A stretch of 64,000 nucleotides of DNA from Eubacteriales bacterium (lineage in GTDB: Bacteria; Bacillota; Clostridia; Oscillospirales; CAG-272). The position numbers and the translations under genes were made by a program. Below, piece after piece: positions 63,979 to 64,000 of the stretch; within the stretch, counting starts at the first letter, position 1; each line of letters opens with the position of its first letter. The notes beneath the pieces were generated by a model. The model did not search any database and had not been told where the DNA came from. It worked only from the letters and a program-made list of their open reading frames with translations. The stretch spans positions 35,571 through 99,570 of the forward strand of contig JAZPZY010000005.1 in assembly GCA_045544955.1 (NCBI GenBank), given 5' to 3'.

Positions 63979-64000
63979 ATTTACAAGAATGAAAGGCGGT

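Noticed and set aside
1-64000. CRISPR arrays, retron/DGR reverse transcriptases, rRNA genes
   Set aside because: No regularly spaced direct repeats, no RT-like ORF (no YxDD motif context) and no rRNA-like sequence were seen on either strand.

Overview
About 56% GC, Firmicutes/Clostridia-type spore-former DNA (GGAGG Shine-Dalgarno sites, a cotJ spore-coat operon). All family names come from motifs I recognise by eye; no database search was run.

(1) Positions 1 to ~26113: the right-hand ~26 kb of a temperate contractile-tailed prophage that continues past the left edge.
- Minus strand: P2/PBSX-like tail module (D-like, LysM/X-like, tape measure, frameshifted chaperone, tube, sheath).
- Minus strand: lambda-like head and packaging module (protease-capsid fusion, DUF2190, lambda-family portal, gpW-like, GpA-type large terminase, small terminase) and a cos-like repeat region.
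- Minus strand: early genes, including a sigma-like regulator, DUF1064 nuclease, HUH rolling-circle Rep, SSB, Dam, a large C5-methyltransferase and GcrA-like paralogs.
- A back-to-back cro/cI switch, then on the plus strand a cI(S24) repressor, an AT-rich membrane SWIM/zinc-ribbon moron and a large serine recombinase.
- The recombinase stop codon lies 5 nt from a truncated cotJC. The prophage therefore interrupts the third gene of a cotJA-cotJB-cotJC operon, an arrangement like skin or SPbeta.

(2) Positions 27-64 kb: host genes.
- Sugar ABC transporter with creatininase-family, PIG-L and M24 enzymes, an AraC regulator and a ketose 3-epimerase.
- ccdA-tlpA-trxA thiol-disulfide genes, next to a frameshifted Crp/Fnr regulator.
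- An ECF S-component behind a terminator-containing leader RNA.
- An Aga-like amino-sugar cluster (NagB-like, class II aldolase, PfkB kinase, PIG-L, AraC).
- An AT-rich immunity-like ORF fused in frame to a nitroreductase.
- A BNR/sialidase locus with a 1353-aa secreted protein.
- Housekeeping genes (NUDIX, def, TetR, YdcF, YjbR, FAD/Rieske oxidoreductase, Mn catalase).
- A tRNA 3' remnant followed by a GNAT gene and a Phd-Doc toxin-antitoxin pair.

No CRISPR array, rRNA or intact tRNA was seen.
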